Positions 19,933 through 30,790 are shown, counted from the stretch's first letter. The stretch: 64,000 bases of DNA from Candidatus Hydrogenedentota bacterium (GCA_034669905.1 JAXMOL010000015.1:32001-96000); one strand, 5' to 3'. A program made the numbers and translations. Notes: generated by a model not told the origin, from the letters alone.

Positions 19933-21093
19933 ATGCACATTGCTCCCATCCTTCGACACGACCCCACGTGGCAGCAGGCGGCGGCAGATGCCCACAGTGA
20001 TCTCGTCATTCTCAGTGATTGCAATCTGGGCCGGAACCTTACGGATTTCCCCTTTCCCCATTGCTGCACCGAAGATGAGTTGCTGGCCATTGAATCCCGG
20101 GTTTTACGGGTACTCGATCAGCTGAACCTCCTTGCCAGCGGCCACTATTTCAAGCTGGTCGACCTCGATCGTGCCGAAGTACAGCTCCTCGCCGAGCGGC
20201 AGCTGATATCCCCCGCGATGACAACGCCCCGGCCTGGTCAGGGCGTCTATGTATCCCAGGATCAGAGCCTCAGTATCCTCGTAAACGACGAAGACCACTG
20301 CTGCATCCGCGTGCTCGCCTCCGGCCTCCAGTTGGAAGACGCGTGGGCCCGCGCCAGTCTGATGGACGACACCCTGGGCGGGGTATTGGACTATTCCTTC
20401 TCGGATCAATTTGGATTCTTGACCCAGAATCTGGCCCACCTGGGCACAGGATTGCGGTGTACCGTGTTACTCCACCTTCCTGGATGCGCCCAGCGGAGCG
20501 AACTGGCCGAACTACGTGAAATGGCCGAAGAAAGCGATCTCGTCTTTCGCGGCATCGGCATTGGACCGCCCTCGGGGGACACCGAACGCCCCGAATCCAA
20601 TCCCCTCTTCCCCCAGGCCCTTTATAGCAGCATGGACGGGTTTACCTCCCGCATGCCCTATGATTCCGAAGGGGACCTTTTCCAGCTGAGCAACCGCAGC
20701 ACCCTGGGCCAGACCGAAGAAGAGCTGCTCTTTCAGGTCAAGCAGTGTGCCAACCGTTTTATCGCGCGGGAAGAAGCGATCCGGAAGCAGATGCATGAGG
20801 AAGAGTCAGAGGTCCTCTTTGACCGTATCGAGCGGGCCCGGGCCCTGGCCCTGCGTGCCCACCTGGTGCCCTTCAGCGAGAGCATGGCGCTCTTGTCGTC
20901 ACTCCGCCTCGGCGTTTCCCTGGGCCTGATATCCGACATCCCCCTTTCGGCCCTGAATGGCTCCCTCATTGGATGCCAGGATGCCCACGTGGAAAGCCGT
21001 CGTGACGACAGCGAGGGCCCTGTGGATGAGCTGGATTTAAAGCGATTTCGGGCCGCATTGTTGAAATCTCAATTCGAATCACCCAAAAACTAG
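19933..21093 (+). CDS. mcsB: McsB-family protein arginine kinase homolog (divergent active site)
   Basis: LVNDEDH, LGTGLR, LHLP, FQLSNRSTLG, LSSLRLG; synteny. Confidence 0.85.
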   Translation: MHIAPILRHDPTWQQAAADAHSDLVILSDCNLGRNLTDFPFPHCCTEDELLAIESRVLRVLDQLNLLASGHYFKLVDLDRAEVQLLAERQLISPAMTTPRPGQGVYVSQDQSLSILVNDEDHCCIRVLASGLQLEDAWARASLMDDTLGGVLDYSFSDQFGFLTQNLAHLGTGLRCTVLLHLPGCAQRSELAELREMAEESDLVFRGIGIGPPSGDTERPESNPLFPQALYSSMDGFTSRMPYDSEGDLFQLSNRSTLGQTEEELLFQVKQCANRFIAREEAIRKQMHEEESEVLFDRIERARALALRAHLVPFSESMALLSSLRLGVSLGLISDIPLSALNGSLIGCQDAHVESRRDDSEGPVDELDLKRFRAALLKSQFESPKN

Positions 21094-21257
21094 TCGGACG
21101 TCTCGTCCCCTACAGGCTGTAACCGAGACGCCCCGTTGCATTAAACTAAGGTTAGCGTCGCCGTGTCCGCAATTTCGCGACAGGGCCGTGTGAAACCCGG
21201 TAAGTCGCTTTTTTCGAAAGTTTTTCGAGGAACGCGCTTGAATGAAAGGAACGCCAC

Positions 21258-23720
21258 ATGTGGGAACGATTTACGGAACGCGCCAAGCATGTAGTCAGCG
21301 CCGCACGTGAAGAGGCCACCCGCCTGGGTAGCGAATACGTGCGGACAGAACATATCCTGCTCGGACTGTGCCGCGAACCCGAGGGGATTGCGGCTCGGGC
21401 CCTGGAAAATCTCGGGGTCGATATCGAGGCATTGGCCATAGAGATTGAGCAGCAGGTCCAGCCCGGATCGGCCGCCGTTTCCGGTGAAGAGATTGCCTTT
21501 ACACCCCGGGCCAAGAAAGTGCTGGAGTTGGCCGTGGAAGAAGCCCGACGCTTCAGCCACAGCTATATCGGCACGGAGCACATCCTCCTCGGCCTCCTGA
21601 AAGAGGGCGAAGGCATCGCGGCGAAAGTATTGCAGGATATGAAGATCGACCTCGGCCGAATCCAGGCGGAAGTCATCCGTCTCCTCGGTGACCAGGGGCG
21701 ACCCAGTGCCGAACAGGCCCAGACCGGCAAGAAATCACAGACGCCAGCCCTCGACAATTTCGGGCGGGATCTGACCCAATTGGCCCGTGATGAGAAGCTG
21801 GACCCCGTCATCGGGCGCGAAGGCGAAATCGAGCGCCTGATTCAGGTCTTGAGCCGCCGCACCAAGAATAACCCCGTCCTCATTGGTGAAGCCGGTGTGG
21901 GCAAGACCGCCATCGTGGAAGGCCTCGCCCAGGCCATCATCAACGGCGACGTGCCCGATCTGCTGCTGAAGAAGCGGGTCTTGACCCTCGACCTCGCGGG
22001 CGTGGTGGCTGGCACGAAATACCGCGGCCAGTTCGAAGAACGGCTCAAATCTGTCATGAAAGAGATTCGTCGGGCCGACAATGTCATTTTGTTCATTGAC
22101 GAGCTCCACACCATCGTGGGTGCCGGCGCGGCGGAAGGGGCGGTCGACGCCGCCAATATGCTGAAACCCGCCCTGGCCCGCGGTGAGCTCCAATGCATTG
22201 GCGCCACCACGATGGACGAATACCGCAAATACATCGAAAAAGACGCGGCCCTGGCCCGCCGTTTCCAGACCATCATCGTGGATGCCCCCTCTGTTGCCCA
22301 GACCATTGAAATTATCAAGGGCCTGCGCGACAAGTATGAGGCCCACCACCGGGTCAAGTTCTCGGATGAATCCGTTATCGCCGCAGCCAAGCTGTCGAAT
22401 CAATACATTGCCGACCGCTATCTTCCGGACAAAGCGGTGGACGTCATTGACGAAGCCGGCAGCCGGGCCCGCCTCCAGATCACCACGCGCCCCCTCGAAC
22501 TGAAGCAGATCGAGCAGGATATTGAGCAGGTGACCCAGGAGAAAGAGTCGGCGATTCGCCGCCAGGAATATGAAAAGGCCGCCAGCCTGCGTGATAAGGA
22601 ACGTACCCTGATCAACAAGCTGGAAGAGAAGAAGCGCGACTGGGAAATGAAGCGCGACTCGGCAGAAACCATCATCAATGAAGAGGATATCGCCTACATC
22701 GTCTCCAAGTGGACCGGCGTGCCCCTGACCAAGCTGGAAGAGAAAGAGTCGGAACGCCTGTTGCGCATGCGCGATGAGTTGCACCGCTCTGTTATCGGCC
22801 AGCATGAAGCCATCGACTCCATCACCCGGGCGATTCAACGCTCCCGGGCCGGTTTCCGGGACCATGCCCGACCGGTAGGCTCCTTCCTCTTCCTCGGCCC
22901 CACCGGTGTGGGTAAGACGTTATTGGCAAAATCCCTGGCTTCGTTCCTCTTCGGCAACGAAGACGCCCTGATCACCGTCGATATGTCTGAATATATGGAA
23001 CGCTTTGCTGTTTCCCGTCTGACCGGGGCACCTCCCGGCTATGTGGGCTACAACGAAGGCGGCCAGCTCACCGAGCAGGTTCGTCGTCGCCCCTATTCGG
23101 TGGTGCTTTTCGACGAAATTGAGAAGGCCCACCCGGATATCTTTAACGCGCTCCTCCAGGTGCTGGAAGAAGGTCAGATGACCGACGCCAGCGGCCGGAA
23201 GGTCGATTTCCGCAATACGGTCATCATCATGACCAGCAACGTGGGCGCCCGCCGAATCGGCAAGGGCGGCGGCACCCTGGGCTTCCAGGTAGACGACGTA
23301 GAGTCCATGTACAACCGGATGAAAGAGCGGGTGGTGGATGAAGCCAAGAAGGTTTTCAATCCTGAATTCATGAACCGCCTTGATGACACGCTGGTCTTCC
23401 ACCGCCTGACCGACGAACAGCTCATTGACATCGTCGATATCCAGGTAAAGGACATGGTAGATCGCGTGGCCGAAAAGGATGTACACTTGCACCTCGATCG
23501 CGCTGCAAAAGAATTCCTCGTGCGCTTGGGAAGCAACGAAGAATATGGTGCCCGTCCGCTCCGGCGTGCGGTACAGCAGTACATCGAGGACCCCCTCGCA
23601 GAGCTGTTGTTGCGGGGTAACCTGGAACCTGGAACCAAGATTGAAGTCTGGCCCTCTGACACCGAGGAAAAACTCGTGTTTGAGCCGACTGCATTAGCCG
23701 CGGAAGGTGTAACTTCTTGA
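21258..23720 (+). CDS. clpC: ATP-dependent Clp protease ATPase ClpC
   Basis: Double Clp-N domain, [11 protein letters not shown] middle domain, [11 protein letters not shown] loop. Confidence 0.97.
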   Translation: MWERFTERAKHVVSAAREEATRLGSEYVRTEHILLGLCREPEGIAARALENLGVDIEALAIEIEQQVQPGSAAVSGEEIAFTPRAKKVLELAVEEARRFSHSYIGTEHILLGLLKEGEGIAAKVLQDMKIDLGRIQAEVIRLLGDQGRPSAEQAQTGKKSQTPALDNFGRDLTQLARDEKLDPVIGREGEIERLIQVLSRRTKNNPVLIGEAGVGKTAIVEGLAQAIINGDVPDLLLKKRVLTLDLAGVVAGTKYRGQFEERLKSVMKEIRRADNVILFIDELHTIVGAGAAEGAVDAANMLKPALARGELQCIGATTMDEYRKYIEKDAALARRFQTIIVDAPSVAQTIEIIKGLRDKYEAHHRVKFSDESVIAAAKLSNQYIADRYLPDKAVDVIDEAGSRARLQITTRPLELKQIEQDIEQVTQEKESAIRRQEYEKAASLRDKERTLINKLEEKKRDWEMKRDSAETIINEEDIAYIVSKWTGVPLTKLEEKESERLLRMRDELHRSVIGQHEAIDSITRAIQRSRAGFRDHARPVGSFLFLGPTGVGKTLLAKSLASFLFGNEDALITVDMSEYMERFAVSRLTGAPPGYVGYNEGGQLTEQVRRRPYSVVLFDEIEKAHPDIFNALLQVLEEGQMTDASGRKVDFRNTVIIMTSNVGARRIGKGGGTLGFQVDDVESMYNRMKERVVDEAKKVFNPEFMNRLDDTLVFHRLTDEQLIDIVDIQVKDMVDRVAEKDVHLHLDRAAKEFLVRLGSNEEYGARPLRRAVQQYIEDPLAELLLRGNLEPGTKIEVWPSDTEEKLVFEPTALAAEGVTS

Positions 23721-26014
23721 AGAAACTAGCGTTTGGCCTGGCCCTCACGCTGTTTACTCTTATTAGCTCCGGTCCCGCCCTAGCACAGGGCGAGGCCAAC
23801 GTGGGTGCTGTACGCATCGACGGGTTGGAGCGTGTGAGTGAGCAGTTGGTACGTTCGAAACTGGAAGTGCAGACGGGGCAGGTTTACAACCCCCGTGCCG
23901 TATCCCGTGACATCCGGCGACTCTATGAGCTTGGATTCTTCACCCACATCAAAGCCGATGTGGTGGAGCGGGGTAATGCGCTGGACCTCACCTATGTGGT
24001 TACCGAGAAACAGGTCATCGAAAAGGTCCTTATTCTCGGAAACAAGAAGATCAAAGACCGCCGCATCCTTTCGGCCCTCTCCATGCGGGAAGGCGACCCC
24101 TTCATCCCCGAGGCCTACGAAGAAGAACGGCAGGCCTTGTTGGATCTCTATGAGGGCAAAGGCTTTGCCAACACCACGGTGGACGTGGTCGCCGAGCGCG
24201 TGGGCCCTTCCCGGATGCGCCTGACCTACTCCATTAATGAAGGCAAGAAAGCAAAAATCCGCAGCATTTCCTTCGTCGGCAACGAGGTATTGAGTGGCCG
24301 CAAGTTGCGTAAACTCATGGCGACCAAGCGCGCGTGGTGGTTCCTCGGTGGCAAGTATGAAGAGGACAAACTGGAGTATGACCTCCAGCAGATCCTCGAC
24401 AACTACGGTGACTACGGCCGTCTGGAAGCCGATATCACCCGCACCGACCTGCTGTACACGAGCAACGGCCGGGGCATGAACCTGACGGTCTATCTGGCCG
24501 AGGGCCCCGAGTACAAGCTGGAAAACCTCGACATCGAGGGCAATATCGTTTATGACGACGACGAGCTCCTCGATCGCGTGGAAGTGGCCGCGGGCGAAGT
24601 GCACAACAAGTCCCAGGTGGAAGAAGACGCGACTGCGCTGGAAGAGAACTACCAGGACAGCGGTTACGTCAACGCCCAGGTCACGCCCATTGTTACGCTC
24701 AACCGCGATGCCAAGACGACGCGGGTGACGCACAAGATCGCGGAAGGTGACCTCCGTTACATCCGTGAAATCAAGATCATCGGTAACGAGCTTACGAAAG
24801 ACGAAGTCATCCGTCGCCGCATCGCGCTTGAGCCGGGTGCCCGCTATGATGGGTCGCTCCTGGAACTCAGTAAGCGGGCCATGCAGCGTACCGAGTACTT
24901 TGACACCGTGCGTTCCAGCCTTGATTTTGCAGACGACGAAGAACTCTTCACGGACGTCATCTTTGACGTGGACGAAGGCAAGCAGGGTAACTTCAATTTC
25001 GGTGCGGGTTTCAGCACCGACGAAGGGCTCGGCGGCTTTTCGGAACTGCGCCTGAATAACTTCGACCTGACCAACTGGCCAAACTTCACCGGCGGCGGCC
25101 AGCAGCTTGCGTTGAAACTGAACATCGGCAACCGCCGCGACCAGTATTCACTGAGCTTCACCGACCCCGAAATTCTGGGCTACCCCTTCGCCTTTGGCTT
25201 CGACCTTTTCGACGATTCCTATCAGGTACGTGGCTCGTCGAATTACGCGGAAGATCGGCGTGGCGGCCAGTTGCGCCTGGGCAAGACCCTCTCCAACTAC
25301 GTGAACATGCGTGGCACCCTCCGCTATGAGGTCAATGAGACCACGGGCCTGCCCATCTTCCTCAATCCCATCATTCGTCGTCAGGCGGGTGAATCCACCA
25401 CGGTGAGTATTCAGACCGAGTTTGAGCGCAACACCCTGAACGCTTTCCGGGACCCCTCCCGTGGCAGCAAGCACGTCTTGAGCCTGGAATTGGCCGGACT
25501 GGGTGGTGACAACGAGTTCTACAAACTCTATCTCGATTCCACCTGGTACAAGGCCCTGGATAAGGAAGAGAAATGGATTCTCTCCTACCGCTCCCGTGAG
25601 GGCTATGTGACCGAATATGGTGGTTCGGACTACGTGCCATTGACGGACAAGTTCTACGCGGGTGGTACGGCCACCGTGCGTGGTTACGAAAACCGGGACA
25701 TTGGCCCCAAGGCCAAGCAGTTCATCTTCTTTGGCAGCGAGTTCCCCATCGGTGGCAACATCGTTTGGGTCAACAACCTGGAATTGAAGTACAAAATCAC
25801 CGAGCAACTGCGCGTCTACTCCTTCATCGATGCCGGTGGCGTCTGGGATGATGACGACTTCGACTTCGGTGAAATGCGCTATAGCGCCGGTATCGGCATC
25901 GGCATGGAAGTGCCCCGACTTGGACCAATCCGGGTCGACTACGGCTTCCCCCTCAACCCCGACGAGGATCAGGGTAGCGGCCGTATGCACCTGATTTCCG
26001 GCATTCGTTTCTAA
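23717..26014 (+). CDS. bamA: Outer membrane protein assembly factor BamA
   Basis: Signal peptide, POTRA repeats, VRGY motif, terminal Phe; TTG start overlaps the clpC stop. Confidence 0.95.
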   Translation: MKKLAFGLALTLFTLISSGPALAQGEANVGAVRIDGLERVSEQLVRSKLEVQTGQVYNPRAVSRDIRRLYELGFFTHIKADVVERGNALDLTYVVTEKQVIEKVLILGNKKIKDRRILSALSMREGDPFIPEAYEEERQALLDLYEGKGFANTTVDVVAERVGPSRMRLTYSINEGKKAKIRSISFVGNEVLSGRKLRKLMATKRAWWFLGGKYEEDKLEYDLQQILDNYGDYGRLEADITRTDLLYTSNGRGMNLTVYLAEGPEYKLENLDIEGNIVYDDDELLDRVEVAAGEVHNKSQVEEDATALEENYQDSGYVNAQVTPIVTLNRDAKTTRVTHKIAEGDLRYIREIKIIGNELTKDEVIRRRIALEPGARYDGSLLELSKRAMQRTEYFDTVRSSLDFADDEELFTDVIFDVDEGKQGNFNFGAGFSTDEGLGGFSELRLNNFDLTNWPNFTGGGQQLALKLNIGNRRDQYSLSFTDPEILGYPFAFGFDLFDDSYQVRGSSNYAEDRRGGQLRLGKTLSNYVNMRGTLRYEVNETTGLPIFLNPIIRRQAGESTTVSIQTEFERNTLNAFRDPSRGSKHVLSLELAGLGGDNEFYKLYLDSTWYKALDKEEKWILSYRSREGYVTEYGGSDYVPLTDKFYAGGTATVRGYENRDIGPKAKQFIFFGSEFPIGGNIVWVNNLELKYKITEQLRVYSFIDAGGVWDDDDFDFGEMRYSAGIGIGMEVPRLGPIRVDYGFPLNPDEDQGSGRMHLISGIRF

Positions 26015-26020
26015 GTCCCG

Positions 26021-26058
26021 ATGCCCCCCGAATCAATTGAGATTCGGGGGGCATTTTT
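26021..26058 (+). terminator. Rho-independent terminator after bamA
   Basis: ATGCCCCCCGAATC/GATTCGGGGGGCAT 14-bp stem plus Ts. Confidence 0.85.
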
Positions 26059-26059
26059 C

Positions 26060-26089
26060 TTGCATGAAATTCAGGGATATTGCTATACT
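26060..26089 (+). promoter_or_regulatory. Putative sigma70 promoter for skp-lpxD
   Basis: TTGCAT-N18-TATACT with extended TG. Confidence 0.5.
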
Positions 26090-26185
26090 TCACCGGTTTC
26101 CCCCTGCTGCTCCTTTGGACTGGCACACACCTGTTTACTCGGCATGGATCAAGCCATCGCCTTACACCTGAGAGGACTGATACTC

Positions 26186-26728
26186 GTGATAAAGACGACC
26201 AAGACCCTGCTCGTAGCCACCCTGCTCTGCACCGTTGCAGCGGGACTCTTCAGCACCCCTGCCCTGGCCGCGGATGAAAACTACAAGATCGCTGTCGTTG
26301 ATATGCAAACCGTCCTGGCCAGCTACGAAAAACGTAAGGCCAAGTATGACGACCTCCAGAAGCAGGTGGACGCCCTGCAGGCCGGCATTGACAAGATGTC
26401 CAAGGACATCGAGGCCGCGCGCAAGGACTATGAAGCACGTCGGGCCACCCTGACCGATGAAGAGCGCGTAAAGCTGGAAACGAAAATCACCAACGACTAC
26501 GCGAACTACCAGAACGAGCTGCAGAAAAACCAGCGCCAGATCGACGGCATGGAAGAGCTCGTGCTGAATGAAGTCCTCAAGGACATTCAGGAAGCCATCG
26601 AGAAGATCGCCACCGACAACAGCTATCACCTGGTACTGAACAAAGGCAAGGGCCCCCGTGGTGCCGTGCTTTACGCCAGCAACTCCATCGACATTACCCC
26701 CCGCATCTTGGAACAGTTGAACAAGTAA
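26186..26728 (+). CDS. skp: OmpH/Skp periplasmic chaperone
   Basis: Signal peptide, KIAVVD, coiled coil, VLYA...DIT; follows bamA. Confidence 0.9.
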   Translation: MIKTTKTLLVATLLCTVAAGLFSTPALAADENYKIAVVDMQTVLASYEKRKAKYDDLQKQVDALQAGIDKMSKDIEAARKDYEARRATLTDEERVKLETKITNDYANYQNELQKNQRQIDGMEELVLNEVLKDIQEAIEKIATDNSYHLVLNKGKGPRGAVLYASNSIDITPRILEQLNK

Positions 26729-26871
26729 CGTCGACTAGTACCAATGTGCGCAGCGCACGAAACCTTTATACCTTCGCGTATCGGGCACGAAACCGCCTGA
26801 TGCGCGATGGTTATATGGGCCGACCAATAATTCACTCGAATTTCGGTTGTCGGCGTGCTGAAGGAGCCACT

Positions 26872-27903
26872 ATGAAGATGACAGTCGGCGAGATCGCGGC
26901 CATGGTGGGCGGCACGGTAGTCGGCGACCCGACGGTCGTTATTACCGGCGTCAACGGGGTGGATGAGGCCCAGGCGGGGGAACTCTGTTTCATACGCAGC
27001 ACCACCTACCTCCCCCAATTGGCCCAATCGGGCGCATCAGCCGCGCTGATTCAGCAGGAGCCTGAGGGAATCGACATGGCCATGATTCTGGTGCCACAGC
27101 CAGACCTGGCCTTTGCGATGGTGCTGAAGCACTGTGAACACTCCCAGCGCAAACACCCCGTGGGTATTCATGAGCGGGCCGTGGTTGATCCCGATGCCGC
27201 TCTCGGAAACAACGTCGCCATCGGCGCCTGTGCCGTTATTGAAGCGGGCGCGTCACTGGGCGACGGCGTGGTCCTTTACCCCGGCGTTTACGTAGGCCGT
27301 GATGTGCATATCGGGGCGGAAACTATCGTCTATCCCAATGTCACCATCCGCGAGGAAACGACCGTTGGTGCCCACTGCATCCTCCATGCCGGGGCAACGA
27401 TTGGCAGCGACGGGTTTGGCTACGCCCACCTGGATGGTGCCTGGATGAAGATCCCTCAGGTTGGACGGGTTGTGTTAGAGGATGACGTGGAAATTGGCTC
27501 CGGAACCGCCATTGACCGCGCCACCTTCGGCGTGACGCGTATTGGCCGAGGTACGAAAATTGACAATCTGGTTCAAGTTGGACACAATGTTCAAATAGGA
27601 GAACACTGTGCGCTGGCCGGTATGGTTGGTATCGCCGGCAGTGCCACGCTGAAGGATGGCGTCCGTGTGGGTGCCTCGGCGGGTGTCGCTGGCCATCTCA
27701 CCGTTGGTGCGGGAGCCACGGTGGCCGCCCGGGGCGGTGTGGTGAAATCGGTTGCTCCCGGTGCCGTGGTATCGGGATTTCCGGCCATGGACCATGCGGA
27801 AGAACGCCGCGTGCTCGTTGCGCAGCGCAGGGTTCCCGAGCTTATCCGTCGTGTAAAAATGCTCGAACGGGCGCTCGAAGCAGTGAAAGAACAGCTTACA
27901 TGA
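26872..27903 (+). CDS. lpxD: UDP-3-O-acylglucosamine N-acyltransferase
   Basis: Hexapeptide repeats, GSDGFGY, KIPQVG, TKIDNLVQVGHN; AAGGAG RBS. Confidence 0.95.
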   Translation: MKMTVGEIAAMVGGTVVGDPTVVITGVNGVDEAQAGELCFIRSTTYLPQLAQSGASAALIQQEPEGIDMAMILVPQPDLAFAMVLKHCEHSQRKHPVGIHERAVVDPDAALGNNVAIGACAVIEAGASLGDGVVLYPGVYVGRDVHIGAETIVYPNVTIREETTVGAHCILHAGATIGSDGFGYAHLDGAWMKIPQVGRVVLEDDVEIGSGTAIDRATFGVTRIGRGTKIDNLVQVGHNVQIGEHCALAGMVGIAGSATLKDGVRVGASAGVAGHLTVGAGATVAARGGVVKSVAPGAVVSGFPAMDHAEERRVLVAQRRVPELIRRVKMLERALEAVKEQLT

Positions 27904-29231
27904 GCAAACAAAAGACGATTAAAGAGCCGGCCTCGTTTTCCGGGATCGGCCTCCATACCGGTAGCCTGACCACGGTAACCTTCAAACCCGCGCCGGAAAA
28001 CTCCGGAATCACCTTTTACCGGGTCGATCTGGAAGGTAAACCGGCCATCCCTGCCGACGTAGACAACGTGGTTGGTGTGGCACGGGGCACGACCCTGGGT
28101 ATCGGCGATGCCAAAGTCCACACGGTGGAGCACGCCCTGTCCGCCATGGCCGGACTTGGTATTGATAACCTGGCCATTGAGCTTGATGCCGAGGAAATTC
28201 CTTCGGGCGATGGCAGCTCCATGCCCGTCATGACCACGCTGCTGAAGGCCGGCGTGGTCGAGCAAGAGGCGGAGAAGCAATACATCACGGTGGATCGGCC
28301 GGTCTACTACCGCCAGGGTGATGTCACCCTGAGTATCCTCCCGTCGGATGAACACCGCGTCTCCATGACCATTGCCTATGACCACGTGGCGATCGGCACC
28401 CAATACGCCTCGTTTATCATCACGGAAGAAACCTTTAAGAAGGAAATCGCCCCCGCACGGACCTTCTGCTTCCTGCGCGAAGTAAAGATGCTCCAGGAAA
28501 AGGGGCTTATCAAGGGAGGCAGTCTGGAGAGTGCCGTGGTAATTGGGGATGACACCATCCTCAATGATGACCTCCGCTTCCCCGATGAATTTGTGCGCCA
28601 CAAGATTCTCGACCTGATCGGGGACATGTATCTGCTCGGGCGCCCTATCAAGGGCCATATCGTCAGCGTAAAGAGCGGGCACGAGAAGAACGTGCTCTTT
28701 TCCAAGCAGATCAAAGCAGCCCTTGCCAACGGCCAGGAGTCTCGTGGACGGGACGATTTGGCGACAACCAGCCAGATTGCCCGGCCACCGGCCCTTGACG
28801 TAAGCAAGATCATGAAAATTCTCCCCCACCGCTACCCGTTCTTGCTGGTGGACCGGATCCTGTCTTTTGTGCCCATGGAACGGGTAACCGGCATTAAGAA
28901 CGTCACGGTCAATGAGCCTTTCTTTCAGGGACACTGGCCCGAGACCCCGGTCATGCCCGGCGTGATGATTGTAGAAGCGATGGCACAGGTAAGCGCGGTG
29001 CTCATCTTTGGCGACAACCGGGATCCCGACGGCAAGCTGGCCTTCTTCCTGGGAGTCGACAAGGCACGCTTTCGTCGCACGGTGGTCCCCGGCGATCAGT
29101 TGGTCATTGAGGTAGAGATGATTCGTCGGCGAAAGAATGCCTGCAAAGTGGCGGCCAAGGCGCTGGTGGACGGCGTAGTCGCTGCAGAAGCCATAATGAC
29201 CTTCGGCCTCATGGCAATGGATGAGCTCTAA
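27900..29231 (+). CDS. lpxC: Bifunctional LpxC/FabZ
   Basis: GIGLHTG, TVEH, ARTF, RHKILD (LpxC); LPHRYPFLLVD, NEPFFQGHWP (FabZ). Confidence 0.96.
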   Translation: MSKQKTIKEPASFSGIGLHTGSLTTVTFKPAPENSGITFYRVDLEGKPAIPADVDNVVGVARGTTLGIGDAKVHTVEHALSAMAGLGIDNLAIELDAEEIPSGDGSSMPVMTTLLKAGVVEQEAEKQYITVDRPVYYRQGDVTLSILPSDEHRVSMTIAYDHVAIGTQYASFIITEETFKKEIAPARTFCFLREVKMLQEKGLIKGGSLESAVVIGDDTILNDDLRFPDEFVRHKILDLIGDMYLLGRPIKGHIVSVKSGHEKNVLFSKQIKAALANGQESRGRDDLATTSQIARPPALDVSKIMKILPHRYPFLLVDRILSFVPMERVTGIKNVTVNEPFFQGHWPETPVMPGVMIVEAMAQVSAVLIFGDNRDPDGKLAFFLGVDKARFRRTVVPGDQLVIEVEMIRRRKNACKVAAKALVDGVVAAEAIMTFGLMAMDEL

Positions 29232-29266
29232 ACAGGTCTGGCGCTGCCGAAACCAATCGAATACAC

Positions 29267-29301
29267 GCGTGTCGTTTCCCCAGGAGACGGCACGCTTTTT
29301 T
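29267..29301 (+). terminator. Terminator after lpxC/fabZ
   Basis: GCGTGTCGTTTCC/GGAGACGGCACGC stem plus T6. Confidence 0.75.
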
Positions 29302-29363
29302 GTGGTTCTTGGGCAAAAAGTGGGAAAGACTTTTCTTGAGCCCACCTAAGCGTCCATCGTTCC

Positions 29364-29761
29364 GCGCGATACCGTCCCATGAGTGGGCCTTATAGAGCGC
29401 CGTCGGCCCGACGGCATCGGTGCCAGAAACACCGAAACGCGATGGGTAGTGTCCGAGCCCCTTGTTCAGAGAGACCCAGGGTCGATGAGGCCGACGGGAG
29501 TCAATTCGCCAATCCCTACCGTATTCGCAGGCAGGAAAGTCTGCGCCCCTGGGGTGTTTCCATCGCCATTCTCCTGTGTCTTCACCGCGCGGGTGTGTCT
29601 ACGACCACCGGGACAGGAACGCGCGGTGAAGTGACACGCGCAACGGCGGAATCGCTGGGATGGCGCAACGCCGTCTTGCAGCTACTCCGGGTATGGGCGC
29701 GATACCGTCCCATACGTGCGCCTACGGAGCGCCGTCGGCCCGACGGCATCGGTGCCAGAAA
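29364..29761 (+). repeat. Two ~65-bp direct repeats (29364-29429, 29697-29761), each carrying a family B palindrome
   Basis: GCGCGATACCGTCCCAT...GAGCGCCGTCGGCCCGACGGCATCGGTGCCAGAAA occurs twice. Confidence 0.88.
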
Positions 29762-29766
29762 TACGA

Positions 29767-29794
29767 AAGCAGCCTGGCCGAAGCCAGGCTGCTT
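29767..29794 (-). terminator. Terminator of the PEP-CTERM gene
   Basis: AAGCAGCCTGGC-CGAA-GCCAGGCTGCTT perfect hairpin. Confidence 0.75.
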
Positions 29795-29839
29795 ATTTAT
29801 AGTTTCGGAATTCTGATTGTGGTTCGGTAGGGTAATCGG

Positions 29840-30691
29840 TTAGGCCGTGAACTTCTTGCGGAGTACGCCGCCCAGGACACCCATTCCGAGGAGTGCAAAG
29901 GTGGAGGGCTCGGGAACCGGAGCAAGGGGCGTGTTGTCCTGAACGTTGATGACGTCGTTACCACATTCCATCGTCCAGTGGAGGCCGAGACCGCCATTGT
30001 TATCATTGGTGAGTGCGTCTTCGAAGAAATCCGCCACGTCGAAGGAGATTTCCAGGAAGTTGTGGGTACCCATGGAACCCCAGGCAACCTGGGTGTTCCA
30101 GAGGGCCGTGCGATTGCTCGGCTGGGGAACTACGCTTTCATTGACACGGTAGGGGTTGGACGTACCGAACTGGGGATAGATAACGTCTTCCGTCGCCCAG
30201 CTGCTGGGACCGTCGTTCAACCAGAGATTACCGAAGCGGGCTACGTCGGCCGCATTGTTCCGCAGGCTCGTCGCGATGGCCACGTCGAAGAATTCGCCGT
30301 GCGCACCACCACCGGTGTTGCCGAAGTCAACGAACATGTCACCGGCGTAGAGGCTATCCGCAGGGACACCCTCGGCCGGAAAGCCCGTTACCAGGCCGAT
30401 GTGAAGGCGACCACCCGTGAGGGCGTTTACATCCGCATCTTCATAGCGGTAGAAAATCTGTTCGATGTCATAAAGCTGACCACCGACACCCGGGGTAGGA
30501 CCTTCTTCGTCCACCTGCGTACGGGTCCCCAGGTCGTGAATGGAAACCAATCCTTCCTGCCAGTTGTTGTTATTAACATTTCCACCGTAGGAGAACCAGT
30601 CAGACCAGTCACCATCTGTGGTGATAGCGCCCGCGCCGTTAGCCATGGCAACCAGGGTACCGAGTGCGAGTACTTTCGTGAGCTTTTTCAT
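29840..30691 (-). CDS. PEP-CTERM sorting domain protein
   Basis: Signal peptide; WTMECGND motif; C-terminal VPEPSTFALLGMGVLGGVLRKK. Confidence 0.95.
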   Translation of the reverse strand: MKKLTKVLALGTLVAMANGAGAITTDGDWSDWFSYGGNVNNNNWQEGLVSIHDLGTRTQVDEEGPTPGVGGQLYDIEQIFYRYEDADVNALTGGRLHIGLVTGFPAEGVPADSLYAGDMFVDFGNTGGGAHGEFFDVAIATSLRNNAADVARFGNLWLNDGPSSWATEDVIYPQFGTSNPYRVNESVVPQPSNRTALWNTQVAWGSMGTHNFLEISFDVADFFEDALTNDNNGGLGLHWTMECGNDVINVQDNTPLAPVPEPSTFALLGMGVLGGVLRKKFTA

Positions 30692-30790
30692 TCTTTCTTT
30701 CCTCCAAGTCTTTACATTTTCAATGTGAGTAGTTTGAGTCGATTGAACCATCAATCTTCCGCACGCTCTCTAACCGAACTGCATAGGTAT

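Noticed and set aside
27900..29231. LpxC-FabZ fusion as a novelty
   Set aside because: This fusion is already well known in several diderm phyla such as Bacteroidota.
29364..29761. CRISPR array
   Set aside because: Only two repeats 333 bp apart, no regular spacers and no cas genes. The family A repeats are inverted, so they are not CRISPR either.
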